Source of the DNA: an uncultured Acidobacteriota bacterium
GTDB taxonomy: Bacteria; Acidobacteriota; Polarisedimenticolia; Polarisedimenticolales; DASRJG01
Direction: 5' to 3'
NCBI GenBank assembly: GCA_964511835.1
Contig: CAZEII010000004.1
Coordinates: 64,339 to 128,338 of the forward strand
DNA length: 64,000 nucleotides
Part shown: piece after piece, positions 42,598-52,362 of the stretch
Position numbering within the stretch: position 1 is the first letter of the stretch
How the letters are laid out: every line of letters starts with the position of its first letter
Made by a program: the position numbers and the translations under genes
Notes under the pieces: generated by a model
What the model was told of the DNA's origin: nothing
Databases searched by the model: none
Seen by the model: only the letters and a program-made list of their open reading frames with translations

Positions 42598-43269
42598 CTA
42601 GTTGGAGATGGTCACCGACCCGTCCGCCTCGACGCGCATCTCAATCTTGGTCGATTGAGTAGAGACTAGGCGTCCCTCTGACTTCCGTGGCGTGCGTCCC
42701 ATCTTTGTCTGAACTTTTTTAACGTAGGCCTGAGTTTCCGCGTAGGCTGGAACGCCGCCATACCGCTTCACGGCGCCGGACCCCGCGTTGTACGCCGCGA
42801 GCGCCAAGGTGACGTTGCCATCGTATTCGTCGAGCAGATCGCGGAGGTGCTTGGCTCCTGCGGTGAGGTTCTGATAGGGGTCGTGGAGGTTCGTCACACC
42901 GTAGCGTGCCGCCGTCGTCGGCATCAGCTGCATCAGCCCCTGCGCCCCTTTCGAGGATCGCGCCGCAGGATCGAACCCGGACTCGACGAGGGCGACCGCC
43001 TTGACGAGCGTCGGATCGACGTCGTTCTCGCGGGCGACCATCTCGATGTAGGGATCGTAGGGGGTATAAGGAAGCGTCGTCGCACGCTGCACGGGACCCC
43101 CGCGCAGGTGGGGAACGGGCTTCATGTCCCGCCGTGACGGGGTGTTGCTGATCACCATCTCCCCGTTCTTGTTGACGTAATAGAGGAGATCGTCCGCCAC
43201 GACCGGACGGCACAGATAGGCCGCGGCGCCGAGGGCCGCGAGCGCGCGGCAGCGCGCGCCGATCGTCAA
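42598..43269 (-). CDS. lytic transglycosylase, SLT domain (223 aa)
   Basis: VALVESGFDPAARSSKGAQGLMQLMP...LALAAYNAG...Y signature. The TTG at 43269 overlaps the alaS stop (TTGA). Confidence 0.88.
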   Translation of the reverse strand: MTIGARCRALAALGAAAYLCRPVVADDLLYYVNKNGEMVISNTPSRRDMKPVPHLRGGPVQRATTLPYTPYDPYIEMVARENDVDPTLVKAVALVESGFDPAARSSKGAQGLMQLMPTTAARYGVTNLHDPYQNLTAGAKHLRDLLDEYDGNVTLALAAYNAGSGAVKRYGGVPAYAETQAYVKKVQTKMGRTPRKSEGRLVSTQSTKIEMRVEADGSVTISN

Positions 43270-45935
43270 GCGTCCGCCCCCACTCGCCGGGCGATCGCCA
43301 GGCGTCCGTGGCTCAAGGCATCGTCGAGACGCGACGGGTCCTTGCCGCCGGCTTCGGCGAGATCGCTCCGGCCCCCTCCCCCGCCGCCGATGATCGTCGC
43401 CAGCTCCTTGACGAGGTCCCCCGCGCCGACCCTTGCTTTCAAGTCATCGGTCACGGCGACCAGGATCGAAGCCTTGTCGGCGTCCGCCCGGCCCAGAATG
43501 ACGATCCCCGAACCCAAGGTCTGTCGCAGGCTGTCGGCCAGCACGCGCGCTTCGGCGGACGCCAGGCCGTCGACACGCGCCGCCAGAACCTTGATACCCG
43601 CCACGATGTCGGGGTGGGCCGCCTTGCGCACGAGCTCGTCGCGCACGACGCGCACGCGGTGCTCTTCGAGATCGCGCAGGGCCGCACGCGAGGACAGAAG
43701 CCGGCGCTCGAGCTCCGCCAGGACCTCGTGCCGCGGGACCGAGAGCAGCTCTTCCATACTCCTAAGAATCTTGTGATCGGCTCTCGATTTTTCCAGTGAG
43801 CCCTCGCCGGTCAACGCCTCGACCCGTCGTGTGCCCGAGGCCACACCGCGCTCCGAGGTCAGCAAAAAGAGCCCGATCTCGCCGGTTCCGGCGCAATGCG
43901 TCCCGCCGCAAAGCTCTTTCGAAAATGAACCGATCGTTACGACTCTGACATTCTCCCCATATTTTTCTCCGAAGAGCGCCATCGCCCCGGATTTCAACGC
44001 GGCCTCCAGGGGAAGCTCCTCCGTCGTGATGGGTGTGTTTTCCAGGATCCTGCGGTTGACGAGCGATTCGATGTCCGCGAGCGCGCGGTCGGTCACGCCC
44101 GCGAAGTGCGCGAAGTCGAACCGCAGCCGGTCGGGGGCGACGAGCGAGCCGGCCTGCTTGACGTGCGTGCCGATGACCTCGCGCAGAGCGGCGTGGAGGA
44201 GATGCGTCGCGGTGTGGTTCCGCTTGATCGCCTCGCGGCGAGGAGCATCGACCTCCGCTGCGACGTAGTCGCCGACGACGAGGCGGCCGGCCTCGACGAA
44301 GACGCGGGAGGCGATCAACCCCGAGGCCGGACGGGTCGTGCCATCGACGCGGACACGGGCCGTCCCGGAGACGATCCAGCCGACGTCGCCGACCTGCCCG
44401 CCCGCCTCCCCGTAGAAGGGCGTCGCCTCGAGCAGAACCTCCCCGGATCGTCCTTCCGTGAGCTCGGAGACCGGCGCGCCGCTCTCGTCGATCAGCGCTG
44501 CGACCTTGACGGAATCGAGGGTCGCCGTTCGGAACCCTTGGAAGATGGTCCGGTGGTGCGCGGCAAGCTCGTGCCAAACGCCCTTGGCGTCGTCCTTCCG
44601 CGCTCCTTTCCACGAGGCTTGGGCACGGGCTCGCTGTCCCGCGAGCTCCGCCTCGAATCCTCTGGTGTCGAGCGTGAGGCCGCGCTCCTCGGCGACGTCT
44701 TGGGCCAGGTCGAGAGGGAGGCCGAAGGTGTCATAGAGGCGGAACAGATCCTTGCCGGTGAGGGTCTTCGATCCCTGCGGGAGCTTCGCGATCGCGTCGT
44801 CCAAGAGCGTGAGCCCGGCGGAGACGGTCTCGCCGAATCGCTCCTCCTCTCGCCGAGCGATCTCGAGAATCGCGGGCTGGGCTCCGACGATCTCGGGGTA
44901 AACCTCGCCCAGCGTTTCGATGACGACCGGAGCGACGTCGTGCAGGAATGCGCCCTCGATCGCCAGCTTCCGGCCGTGACGTATCGCCCGTCGCAGCACC
45001 CGCCGCAGCACGTACCCCCGCTTGTCGTTCGCGGGGACGACGCCGTCGGCGACGAGAAAGCAAAGGGCGCGCACGTGATCGGCGATCACGCGCATCGAGG
45101 TGTCGGCCTCGGGACTCGATCCGTACACGACCGCCGCGCGCCGCGAGATCGCGCTCAGGATCGGCTGGAACAGGTCGGTGTCGTAATTGCTGCGCTTCCC
45201 CTGGAGCACCGACGTGATGCGCTCGAGCCCCATCCCCGTGTCGATGGACGGGGCCGGCAGGGGCGAGAGCGATCCGTCGGCCTCCTGATCGAACTGCATG
45301 AACACGAGGTTCCAGATCTCGATGTATCGCGTCGAATCGGTCTCCGGCGTCGAGGCCCCGGAAACCGAAGTGAGATCGGCGCCGAGATCGTAGTGGATCT
45401 CGCTGCACGGTCCGCAGGGGCCGGTGTCCCCCATACGCCAGAAATTGTCCTTCTCCCCCAGCCTCAAGATCCTCGACGGATCGACGCCGACGGTGTCGCG
45501 CCAAATCGAGAGGGCTTCGTCGTCGCCGGGAACCGAGGACGTCCCGTCGAAGACCGTGACCCAAAGGCGTTCGGTCGGAATCTTCCACGCCTCGGTCAGA
45601 AGCTCCCATGACCAGGCGATCGCGTCCTCCTTGAAGTAGTCGCCGAACGAGAAATTGCCGAGCATCTCGAAGAAGGTGTGGTGGCGCGGCGTCCGCCCGA
45701 CCTGTTCCAGGTCGTTGTGCTTCCCGGAGACTCTGAGGCATTTTTGCGAGGAGGACGCTCGGACGTACTCGCGCCGCTCGCGTCCGGTGAAGACCTCCTT
45801 GAACTGGTTCATGCCGGCGTTCGCGAACAGGAGCGTCGGGTCGTTCGGGAGCACCAGAGGAGCCGACGGCACGACGCGATGTCCTCGCCGCTCGAAGAAC
45901 CCGAGGAAGCTTCGGCGGATCTCGAGCGAGGTCAT
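43266..45935 (-). CDS. alaS: alanine--tRNA ligase (889 aa)
   Basis: MTSLEIRRSFLGFFERRGH...LLFANAGMNQFK...FEMLGNFSFGDYFK. Editing domain HTATHLLH. ATGA overlap with the recX stop. Met101 of track ORF 43266..46235. Confidence 0.97.
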   Translation of the reverse strand: MTSLEIRRSFLGFFERRGHRVVPSAPLVLPNDPTLLFANAGMNQFKEVFTGRERREYVRASSSQKCLRVSGKHNDLEQVGRTPRHHTFFEMLGNFSFGDYFKEDAIAWSWELLTEAWKIPTERLWVTVFDGTSSVPGDDEALSIWRDTVGVDPSRILRLGEKDNFWRMGDTGPCGPCSEIHYDLGADLTSVSGASTPETDSTRYIEIWNLVFMQFDQEADGSLSPLPAPSIDTGMGLERITSVLQGKRSNYDTDLFQPILSAISRRAAVVYGSSPEADTSMRVIADHVRALCFLVADGVVPANDKRGYVLRRVLRRAIRHGRKLAIEGAFLHDVAPVVIETLGEVYPEIVGAQPAILEIARREEERFGETVSAGLTLLDDAIAKLPQGSKTLTGKDLFRLYDTFGLPLDLAQDVAEERGLTLDTRGFEAELAGQRARAQASWKGARKDDAKGVWHELAAHHRTIFQGFRTATLDSVKVAALIDESGAPVSELTEGRSGEVLLEATPFYGEAGGQVGDVGWIVSGTARVRVDGTTRPASGLIASRVFVEAGRLVVGDYVAAEVDAPRREAIKRNHTATHLLHAALREVIGTHVKQAGSLVAPDRLRFDFAHFAGVTDRALADIESLVNRRILENTPITTEELPLEAALKSGAMALFGEKYGENVRVVTIGSFSKELCGGTHCAGTGEIGLFLLTSERGVASGTRRVEALTGEGSLEKSRADHKILRSMEELLSVPRHEVLAELERRLLSSRAALRDLEEHRVRVVRDELVRKAAHPDIVAGIKVLAARVDGLASAEARVLADSLRQTLGSGIVILGRADADKASILVAVTDDLKARVGAGDLVKELATIIGGGGGGRSDLAEAGGKDPSRLDDALSHGRLAIARRVGADA

Positions 45936-46405
45936 GGGTCGGTCCTTTCGAAGCCGTAGGGGGTGAGATGGGCCTCGATCTCTTCGCTCGTAAACCCCTC
46001 GTAAAGCAGCGCATTGTACACGCGCGCCAATCGGGCCAAGGACGCTCGGCCCGGCGGAGGTCCGAGCCGCCGCCTGACGGCGCGGACGAGGATCGACTCC
46101 TCTTCGATCGCGCCGTCGGCGATGGCCTGGGACCAAGCGGCGGCGGCGGTCGCCTCGTCGACGCCGCGAGCGCAAAGCTCGGCGACCGCGCGGTCGCGCC
46201 CCCGCCCGCGCGCGGCCGCCTGGGAGCAGATCCAATGGCGCGCCACCCGCGCGTCGTCGACGGCGGAAGCTGCGCTCAGCCGTTCCATCGCCGCTTCGAC
46301 GTCCGCGTCGGCGTGGCCCTTCCTGCGAAGACGGGATTCGACCTCTGCCCGGGTCAGCGAGCGTCCCGCGAGCAGACGTAGCCCGTCCTCCAACGCGTCG
46401 GACAT
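45932..46405 (-). CDS. recX: recombination regulator RecX (157 aa)
   Basis: Three-helix repeat pattern (LLAGRSLTRAEVESRLRRKG, VDDARVARHW, RAVAELCARGVD). Classic position upstream of alaS. Confidence 0.8.
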   Translation of the reverse strand: MSDALEDGLRLLAGRSLTRAEVESRLRRKGHADADVEAAMERLSAASAVDDARVARHWICSQAAARGRGRDRAVAELCARGVDEATAAAAWSQAIADGAIEEESILVRAVRRRLGPPPGRASLARLARVYNALLYEGFTSEEIEAHLTPYGFERTDP

Positions 46406-46435
46406 CGGGCTACTCTACCGCGGATCGCGAAGGCG

Positions 46436-47614
46436 TCAGGCGCGGCTGAACTCGAACGGCGAATCCGGGTGTTGCGGATCCAAACCGCTTCCCTTCTGCG
46501 CCGCTTGGTCCATCTGCTCGGCGGCCACGTCGGCGGTCGAGTGGATGCCGGCGACCCGGAGCTTGAACTCGTCCGGGTTCGTCGCCTGGCGCAGGGCCTC
46601 TTCGAACGAGATCAGGTCCTGCTTGTAGAGCCGGTAGAGCGACTGATCGAACGTCTGCATGCCGTACTGGCTCGTGCCCTGCGAGATGGCGTCGCGGATC
46701 AGCTTGGTCTTCTCCTTGTTCTCGACGCAGTCGCGGATGTAGGCGGTGGCGCGCAGCACTTCGACGGCCGGCACGCGCCCCTTGCCGTCGGCCCGGGGAA
46801 CCAGGCGCATCGAGATGACCGCCTTGAGCACGGAGGCCAGCTGGAGGCGGATCTGCTTTTGCTGGTGCGGCGGGAAGACGGAGATGATCCGGTTGACGGT
46901 CTCGGTCGCATCGAGCGTGTGCAGAGTCGAGAGGACGAGGTGTCCCGTCTCTGCGGCCGTCAGCGCGGTCTCGATCGTCTCGTAGTCGCGCATTTCGCCG
47001 ACGAGGATGACGTCGGGGTCCTGGCGGAGAGCCGCACGCAACGCGAGGGCGAAGGACTTGGTGTCCACCTCGACCTCGCGTTGGTTCACCAGGCTCTTTT
47101 TGTCCCGGTGCAGGAACTCGATCGGATCTTCGATGGTCATGATGTGCTCGGTCCGCGTCGAGTTGATGAAGTCGATCATCGCGGCGAGCGAGGTCGATTT
47201 TCCCGAGCCCGTGGTCCCGGTCACGAGGATCAGTCCGCGACGCTCTCCGGCGATCTGCTCGAGGACCTGGGGCAAGAGCAGGTCGCGGATCGTCAGGATC
47301 TTCACCGGAATGACGCGGAGCACCAGGCCGACCGTTCCGCGCTGCTGGAAGACGCTGCAGCGGAACCGCCCGAGGCCGGGTACCGAGTACGCCATGTCGA
47401 GCTCGAAATTGTCCTTGAACTTCTGCTTCTGGCGGGCGCTCATGATGCTGAAGGCCATTGCGATCGTGTCTTCCTGCATCAGGCGCTTCTGCTCGGTCAG
47501 CGGGAGGAGCTTGCCGTCAACCCGGATGACCGGATGGCTGCCGACCTTGAGATGGAGGTCGGACGCTCCACGATCGGTGCAGATTTTCAGGAGATCGTTG
47601 ATGTGCAGTTCCAT
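46436..47614 (-). CDS. pilT: type IV pilus retraction ATPase PilT (392 aa)
   Basis: ASDLHL...P.IRVDG, Walker A GTTGSGKST, DVILVGEMRD, GHLVLSTLHT, and the PilT-specific AIRNLIRE-like segment (YIRDCVEN). ATG at 47614 with GGTGGGGAG upstream. Confidence 0.93.
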   Translation of the reverse strand: MELHINDLLKICTDRGASDLHLKVGSHPVIRVDGKLLPLTEQKRLMQEDTIAMAFSIMSARQKQKFKDNFELDMAYSVPGLGRFRCSVFQQRGTVGLVLRVIPVKILTIRDLLLPQVLEQIAGERRGLILVTGTTGSGKSTSLAAMIDFINSTRTEHIMTIEDPIEFLHRDKKSLVNQREVEVDTKSFALALRAALRQDPDVILVGEMRDYETIETALTAAETGHLVLSTLHTLDATETVNRIISVFPPHQQKQIRLQLASVLKAVISMRLVPRADGKGRVPAVEVLRATAYIRDCVENKEKTKLIRDAISQGTSQYGMQTFDQSLYRLYKQDLISFEEALRQATNPDEFKLRVAGIHSTADVAAEQMDQAAQKGSGLDPQHPDSPFEFSRA

Positions 47615-47651
47615 GAGCTCCCCACCTCTCGAGCGTGGTGCCGACGTCCGG

Positions 47652-47680
47652 AAGATAGGTTTGGGGCCGGGGGGAGTCAA
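47652..47680 (-). promoter_or_regulatory. candidate sigma-70-type promoter for pilT
   Basis: Minus strand reads TTGACT-N17-TATCTT, 37 nt upstream of the pilT ATG. Confidence 0.4.
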
Positions 47681-47691
47681 ATCGGCCCGAT

Positions 47692-49644
47692 CTAGAGGGC
47701 TTTGAGGCGCTCCCGGACAGCGGCATTCCCTGCCGAGCGGGCCAGACAATCCTCGACCAGCCCGCGGATCTCACCGACCTTCCCGAGACGCCGCAGCAGC
47801 GCGATCGCTCCGTCCAGCGCCTCGGTCGAAGAGGGGCGGGACGCCAGGGCCGTGCGATATCGGTCGAGCGCCTCACCCTCCCGGCCGAGCCTTTCGAGCG
47901 CACGACCGGAGAGCACGGCCAGCTCCGCGTCGTCCGGAGCCCGCGTGAGCCCCTTCTCCGACACCCCGAGCGCGCGCTCGTTCTCCCCAGTCCCCAGGAG
48001 CGCTTCCGCGATGCGCTTGTCGAGCCCGATGTACGAAGGATTCCGCCCCTGAAGCTGGAGCCAGAGATCCCGGCTCTCGGCGTGCCGCCCCTGAGAGGCG
48101 AGGAGTGTGCACAGCCTGCGATACGCGAGGTAGAAGTCAGGATATCGATGCAGCAGCTCGCGGTACGCCGCTTCGGCGGAGGCCGGATCCCGCCGCTTAA
48201 GATAGGCCTGACCCAGCCGGAGCCGGAACTCCGGATTCTCGGGATCTCCGGCGACGAGCCGCTCGAAGATCGGAACGGCATCCCCCTTGCGGAGGATCAG
48301 ATCGGTCCCTTGCTGATAGGCGACGTAGTCACGGATCGCGTCCTTGGGGTCGCGCCCGCCGACTCCGGCCCCGCGTGCGGGCTTGCTCGCGCCCCCGCCT
48401 CCGCCGACGTACCCCAAGGATTCCAGACGAGCTTGAGCTTCGTCGTCGAGCGGCCCGCCGGCGGCAGCTCCCTCGGCCGACCCCGAGACAGCGATGCGCG
48501 CGAGCAGCGCGCTCATCTGTTCGTCACGCGGCGCGTCGGTTCCGGCCAGGTTGTGGCTTTCCGCCGGATCCGCGTCGAGGTCGTATCGCTCGGGGCGGGG
48601 CGCCGCGATCCATTTCGTCGAGCCGCGGCGCGCGGCGGACAGCGGCGCCCACGCGAACTCTTCGGCGGCGAACACGCTTTCCGCATAGACGGCCTCGCCG
48701 CCGGGCGGCGCTGCGCCGAAGAGGTCCCGCCCGTCGAGGCTCGCGGGAGCCGGAACCCCCGCCAGGGCCGCCAAGGTCGGCGCCAGATCGACGAGGCTGA
48801 CGAGGTCGTCCCGCCGTCCTCCGGTCGCAACCGTCCAGGGAGCGCGGATGACCATCGGGACATGGAGCATCGGCTCGTAGATCAAGAGGCCGTGCGTGAA
48901 TTCGCCGTGCTCGCCCAGGCCCTCCCCGTGATCCCCGGCCACCGCGACGATCGTGCGATCGAGCGCCCCCGTTTTGCGGAGCGTCTCGATGATCTGCTCG
49001 AGCTGGGAGTCGGCGTAGGCGATCTCGCCGTCGTAGGGGGATCGCGCGAACCTCGCGGCGAATGGAGCCGGTGGCTCGTACGGCTCGTGGGCGTCGTAGT
49101 AGTGAATCCACGCAAAGAACGGCTGCTTGGCGGAGGACAGCCATCCGAGGGCGCGGCCGTTGACCTCACCGGCGGTCCGTTCGCTTCTCACCTGCCCCTC
49201 CCGGTCGTCTCCGAAGTCGTCGTCGAACGTTTGGAACCCTTGCGCGAAGCCGAACGTCCGGCTCACGGGGAACGCGCCCACGAAGGCGGCCGTCCGGTAA
49301 CCCTTCGCCGCGAACACCTCGGCGAGAGTGGTGATGGATTCCGGCAGGCTCACCCGCCCGTTGTTGCGGACGCCATGACGGAACGGATAGAGGCCGGTCA
49401 TCAAGCTCGCATGCGCAGGAGTCGTCAAGGGAGCCACCGTCGTTGCCCGGATGAACAGCGTTCCCTCGTTGGCCAGCCGGTCGAACGCCGGCGTGGCTGC
49501 GCCCTTCGCCCCGTAGGCGCCGACGTGATCCGCGCGCGTGGTGTCGAGCGTCACGAGAAGGACGCTCGGGTGATCGGGGCGAGCCGGCTTACCGACGCAG
49601 CCCGCCAGCAGACATGCGGCGAGGAGTGCGGCGAGGCGATTCAT
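47692..49644 (-). CDS. alkaline-phosphatase-superfamily (sulfatase-like)/TPR lipoprotein, paralog 2 (650 aa)
   Basis: MNRLAALLAACLLAGC carries a canonical lipobox. VTLDTTRADH, PLTTPAHASLMTGLYP and GDHGEGLGEHGE motifs. ARLESLGY linker. C-terminal TPR. Confidence 0.88.
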   Translation of the reverse strand: MNRLAALLAACLLAGCVGKPARPDHPSVLLVTLDTTRADHVGAYGAKGAATPAFDRLANEGTLFIRATTVAPLTTPAHASLMTGLYPFRHGVRNNGRVSLPESITTLAEVFAAKGYRTAAFVGAFPVSRTFGFAQGFQTFDDDFGDDREGQVRSERTAGEVNGRALGWLSSAKQPFFAWIHYYDAHEPYEPPAPFAARFARSPYDGEIAYADSQLEQIIETLRKTGALDRTIVAVAGDHGEGLGEHGEFTHGLLIYEPMLHVPMVIRAPWTVATGGRRDDLVSLVDLAPTLAALAGVPAPASLDGRDLFGAAPPGGEAVYAESVFAAEEFAWAPLSAARRGSTKWIAAPRPERYDLDADPAESHNLAGTDAPRDEQMSALLARIAVSGSAEGAAAGGPLDDEAQARLESLGYVGGGGGASKPARGAGVGGRDPKDAIRDYVAYQQGTDLILRKGDAVPIFERLVAGDPENPEFRLRLGQAYLKRRDPASAEAAYRELLHRYPDFYLAYRRLCTLLASQGRHAESRDLWLQLQGRNPSYIGLDKRIAEALLGTGENERALGVSEKGLTRAPDDAELAVLSGRALERLGREGEALDRYRTALASRPSSTEALDGAIALLRRLGKVGEIRGLVEDCLARSAGNAAVRERLKAL

Positions 49645-49645
49645 G

Positions 49646-50389
49646 CTACGAGCGGCCGAGGCGAGGCCCTAGATCACCCCAAGTATGGAGCACGATCGCT
49701 GCGGCGATCGCGCCCGCCGTCTCCGTTCTCAGGATTCGCGGCCCCAGCGAGGCGAGCCGCCATCCTTGCGAGCCCATACGGGCCAGCTCGTCGTCCGAGA
49801 ACCCACCTTCGGGACCAACGGCGATCCAAACTTCCGGCGGCACCGGGTCCGCGAGGATCGCCCCCAGAGGCGCGACCCCCGCCCCAGGAGAGAGCAGGAT
49901 CGCGAGGACGTCCCTCCCCGGCGCATCGATCGCCCCGAATCGGACCGCCGGGAGGACGCGGCGGCCGCTCTGCTTGCACGCTTCCATCACGATGCGCTCA
50001 TAGCGATTCAGACGGTCCGGGGACGGCGGAGGCGCTTCGGCGCGGCTGGCGACGCACAGTCGAAACCCCGCGACGCCGAGCTCGGTCCCCTTCTGAAGCA
50101 CCCACTCGATCTTCTCCGGCCGAGCGAGCGATTGACAGAGGACGACGCGGAGCTTCGGCTCGACCTCGTCGGCGTGCGCCTCCCCGACGACGACGGTGAC
50201 CCTGCCTGGCGAGGCGCGTTCGATCGTCGCCGACCACTCGCCGCCTTTCCCGTCGAACACCGAGAGCGGATCGCCCGGCGAAAGGCGCAGGACGCGTGCC
50301 ACGTGGTGGGACTCCTCGGCGTCGAGGGAGACGCGTGAGCCGGGTTGGGGCGTCGCGGACACGAACGCCCGCCTCTCGCGCCCGCTCAC
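49646..50389 (-). CDS. rsmE: 16S rRNA (uracil1498-N3)-methyltransferase RsmE (247 aa)
   Basis: EESHHVARVLRLSPGD...FDGKGGEW...GPEGGFS..E...LGPRILRTETA signature. The GTG at 50389 overlaps the prmA stop (GTGA). Confidence 0.88.
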   Translation of the reverse strand: MSGRERRAFVSATPQPGSRVSLDAEESHHVARVLRLSPGDPLSVFDGKGGEWSATIERASPGRVTVVVGEAHADEVEPKLRVVLCQSLARPEKIEWVLQKGTELGVAGFRLCVASRAEAPPPSPDRLNRYERIVMEACKQSGRRVLPAVRFGAIDAPGRDVLAILLSPGAGVAPLGAILADPVPPEVWIAVGPEGGFSDDELARMGSQGWRLASLGPRILRTETAGAIAAAIVLHTWGDLGPRLGRS

Positions 50390-51252
50390 GACGGCAGCCT
50401 TCGCGCGACGAGACAGATCCACGGGCCGTCCGACGTGTGCGTCTCGATCCGTATCCCCTCGGCCGCGAAAACGTCCGTCACGTCCGCCAGGTCGTCGTCG
50501 AGGAGGCCCGAAGCGACTAGGACGGCGTCCGTTTTCATCGCTGCGGCGAGGCGCCCCGAGCGCTCGAGGAAAAACGAGGCCTGGATGTTGGCGACGACAC
50601 CGTCGAATCGCTCGCCGCCGGCCGCTTCGACGGATCCCTCCCGGATCTCGACGATCCCCGCAGCGCCGTTCCTGGCCACGACCTCGCGCGCGACGCCGAT
50701 GGCGGTCGACAGGTTGTCGACGGCCAGAACGCGCGCCACGCCGCACCGCGCGGCGACGACCGCGAGGATTCCCGTGCCGGTCCCCAGATCGAGCCAATGG
50801 GTGCCGGGCTTCACCCGATGTTCGAGCGCGGTGGCGCACAGGCGGGTCGTCGCGTGCTCGCCAGTTCCAAATGCCATTCCCGGCACGAGCCGGATCGGAT
50901 CGCGCTCGGCGTGGCCGGGCGCAGCGTCCGTCGGCAGGACGACGAACCTCCGGCCCAACGGGATCGGTGCCAGGGACGCTTGCCATCGCTCGACCCAGCG
51001 GCCGTCGGCGACGGGATCGACCGAGACACGAAGGTCGGAGGCGGCGATCCCGTGGGCTTGGAGCACGCCGACGGCTCTCTCGCGCCAAGAGTCGAGATCC
51101 TCCGAGGGCTCGAGGTAGACGCGCACGTCGCTCGTCCCAGGCCCCGAGGGGGCCACCTCGACGCCCAAGCTTCCCTTTCCGAGGACCGCCGCGATCTCGT
51201 CGTCCAGTGCGTCGGGGACGCGCGCCGAGAGGCGGACCCACCGGTCGATCAA
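50386..51252 (-). CDS. prmA: ribosomal protein L11 methyltransferase PrmA (288 aa)
   Basis: [16 protein letters not shown]...[11 protein letters not shown]...DN..A...A..N signature. The TTG start overlaps the dnaJ stop (TTGA). Confidence 0.88.
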   Translation of the reverse strand: MIDRWVRLSARVPDALDDEIAAVLGKGSLGVEVAPSGPGTSDVRVYLEPSEDLDSWRERAVGVLQAHGIAASDLRVSVDPVADGRWVERWQASLAPIPLGRRFVVLPTDAAPGHAERDPIRLVPGMAFGTGEHATTRLCATALEHRVKPGTHWLDLGTGTGILAVVAARCGVARVLAVDNLSTAIGVAREVVARNGAAGIVEIREGSVEAAGGERFDGVVANIQASFFLERSGRLAAAMKTDAVLVASGLLDDDLADVTDVFAAEGIRIETHTSDGPWICLVARRLPS

Positions 51253-52358
51253 TTGAAGATGTCTTTCACTCGATCGAACAGGCCGCGCTCGGAGGTCGAG
51301 ACGCCGTCGAGGTCGGCCAGCTTCGTGATCAGCTCGCGCTGATCCGCCGTGAGGTGCGTCGGCGTGACGACGCGGATCGTGACGTGCAGATCCCCCCGCC
51401 CACTCCGATCGAGGGACGGGAGCCCCTTCCCCCTCACGCGGAGGACAGTGCCCGACTGAGTCCCCGCATCGACGTCGAGCTCCTGCTCACCGCCGCCGAC
51501 CAACGGCACGCGCACCGTCGTCCCCAGCGCGGCCTGCGCGAACGTGATCGGAACGTCGCAGTGGAGCTGCGCTCCGTCCCTGTGGAAGACCGGATGCGGC
51601 GCGACGTGGAGGACGACGTAGAGGTCTCCCGGGGGACCGCCGTCGGGGCTCGCCTCCCCTTCACCGGCGATGCGGAGCCGCATGCCGTCGTCGACCCCCG
51701 CAGGAACCCTCACGGTGATCGTCGATTCGACCCGTGTCCGACCCGATCCCGAGCAGGTCGGACACGGCGTGACGATCTGCTGACCCGTGCCGCCGCAGGT
51801 TCCGCACGTGCGCGCGATCGTGAAGAATCCCTGCTGGAATGCGACCTGGCCGCGGCCGCGACACGTCGGGCAGGTCCGGATCCCGTCCTTCCCCTTCGCC
51901 CCTCGTCCCTTGCACGTGCCGCAGCGCGTCAAGCGCGGGACGACGATCGGCGACTCGAGGCCAGCGGCCGCCTGCTCGAACGTGATCTCGAGGTCGTACC
52001 TAAGATCCGCGCCCGGCCGCGTCCGGCTCCGGCCCCCGCCGCCGAAGATGTTGCCGAAGCCGAAGATGTTCCCGAGGATGTCGCCGAAGTCGCCGAAGAT
52101 CTCCTGGTCGAAGCCGGAGAAGCCGGCCTGCCCGCCGAGACCCGCGCGGCCGAAGCGGTCGTACCTCTCGCGCTTCGCGGGATCCGAAAGGACGGCGTAG
52201 GCCTCGGCCGCCTCCTTGAAAAGGCCCTCGGCGTTTTTGTCCCCCGGATTCTTGTCCGGGTGATATTTCAGCGCGAGGCGGCGGTAGGCCTTCTTGAGAT
52301 CATCCGACGACGCATCATGCGAGACCCCGAGGATCTCGTAATAGTCCCGCTCCGCCAA
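51249..52358 (-). CDS. dnaJ: molecular chaperone DnaJ (369 aa)
   Basis: J-domain (DYYEILGV...[16 protein letters not shown]), G/F region, and four CxxCxGxG zinc motifs ([32 protein letters not shown]). TTG at 52358 with GAGGAGG upstream. Confidence 0.95.
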   Translation of the reverse strand: MAERDYYEILGVSHDASSDDLKKAYRRLALKYHPDKNPGDKNAEGLFKEAAEAYAVLSDPAKRERYDRFGRAGLGGQAGFSGFDQEIFGDFGDILGNIFGFGNIFGGGGRSRTRPGADLRYDLEITFEQAAAGLESPIVVPRLTRCGTCKGRGAKGKDGIRTCPTCRGRGQVAFQQGFFTIARTCGTCGGTGQQIVTPCPTCSGSGRTRVESTITVRVPAGVDDGMRLRIAGEGEASPDGGPPGDLYVVLHVAPHPVFHRDGAQLHCDVPITFAQAALGTTVRVPLVGGGEQELDVDAGTQSGTVLRVRGKGLPSLDRSGRGDLHVTIRVVTPTHLTADQRELITKLADLDGVSTSERGLFDRVKDIFN

Positions 52359-52362
52359 CGAC

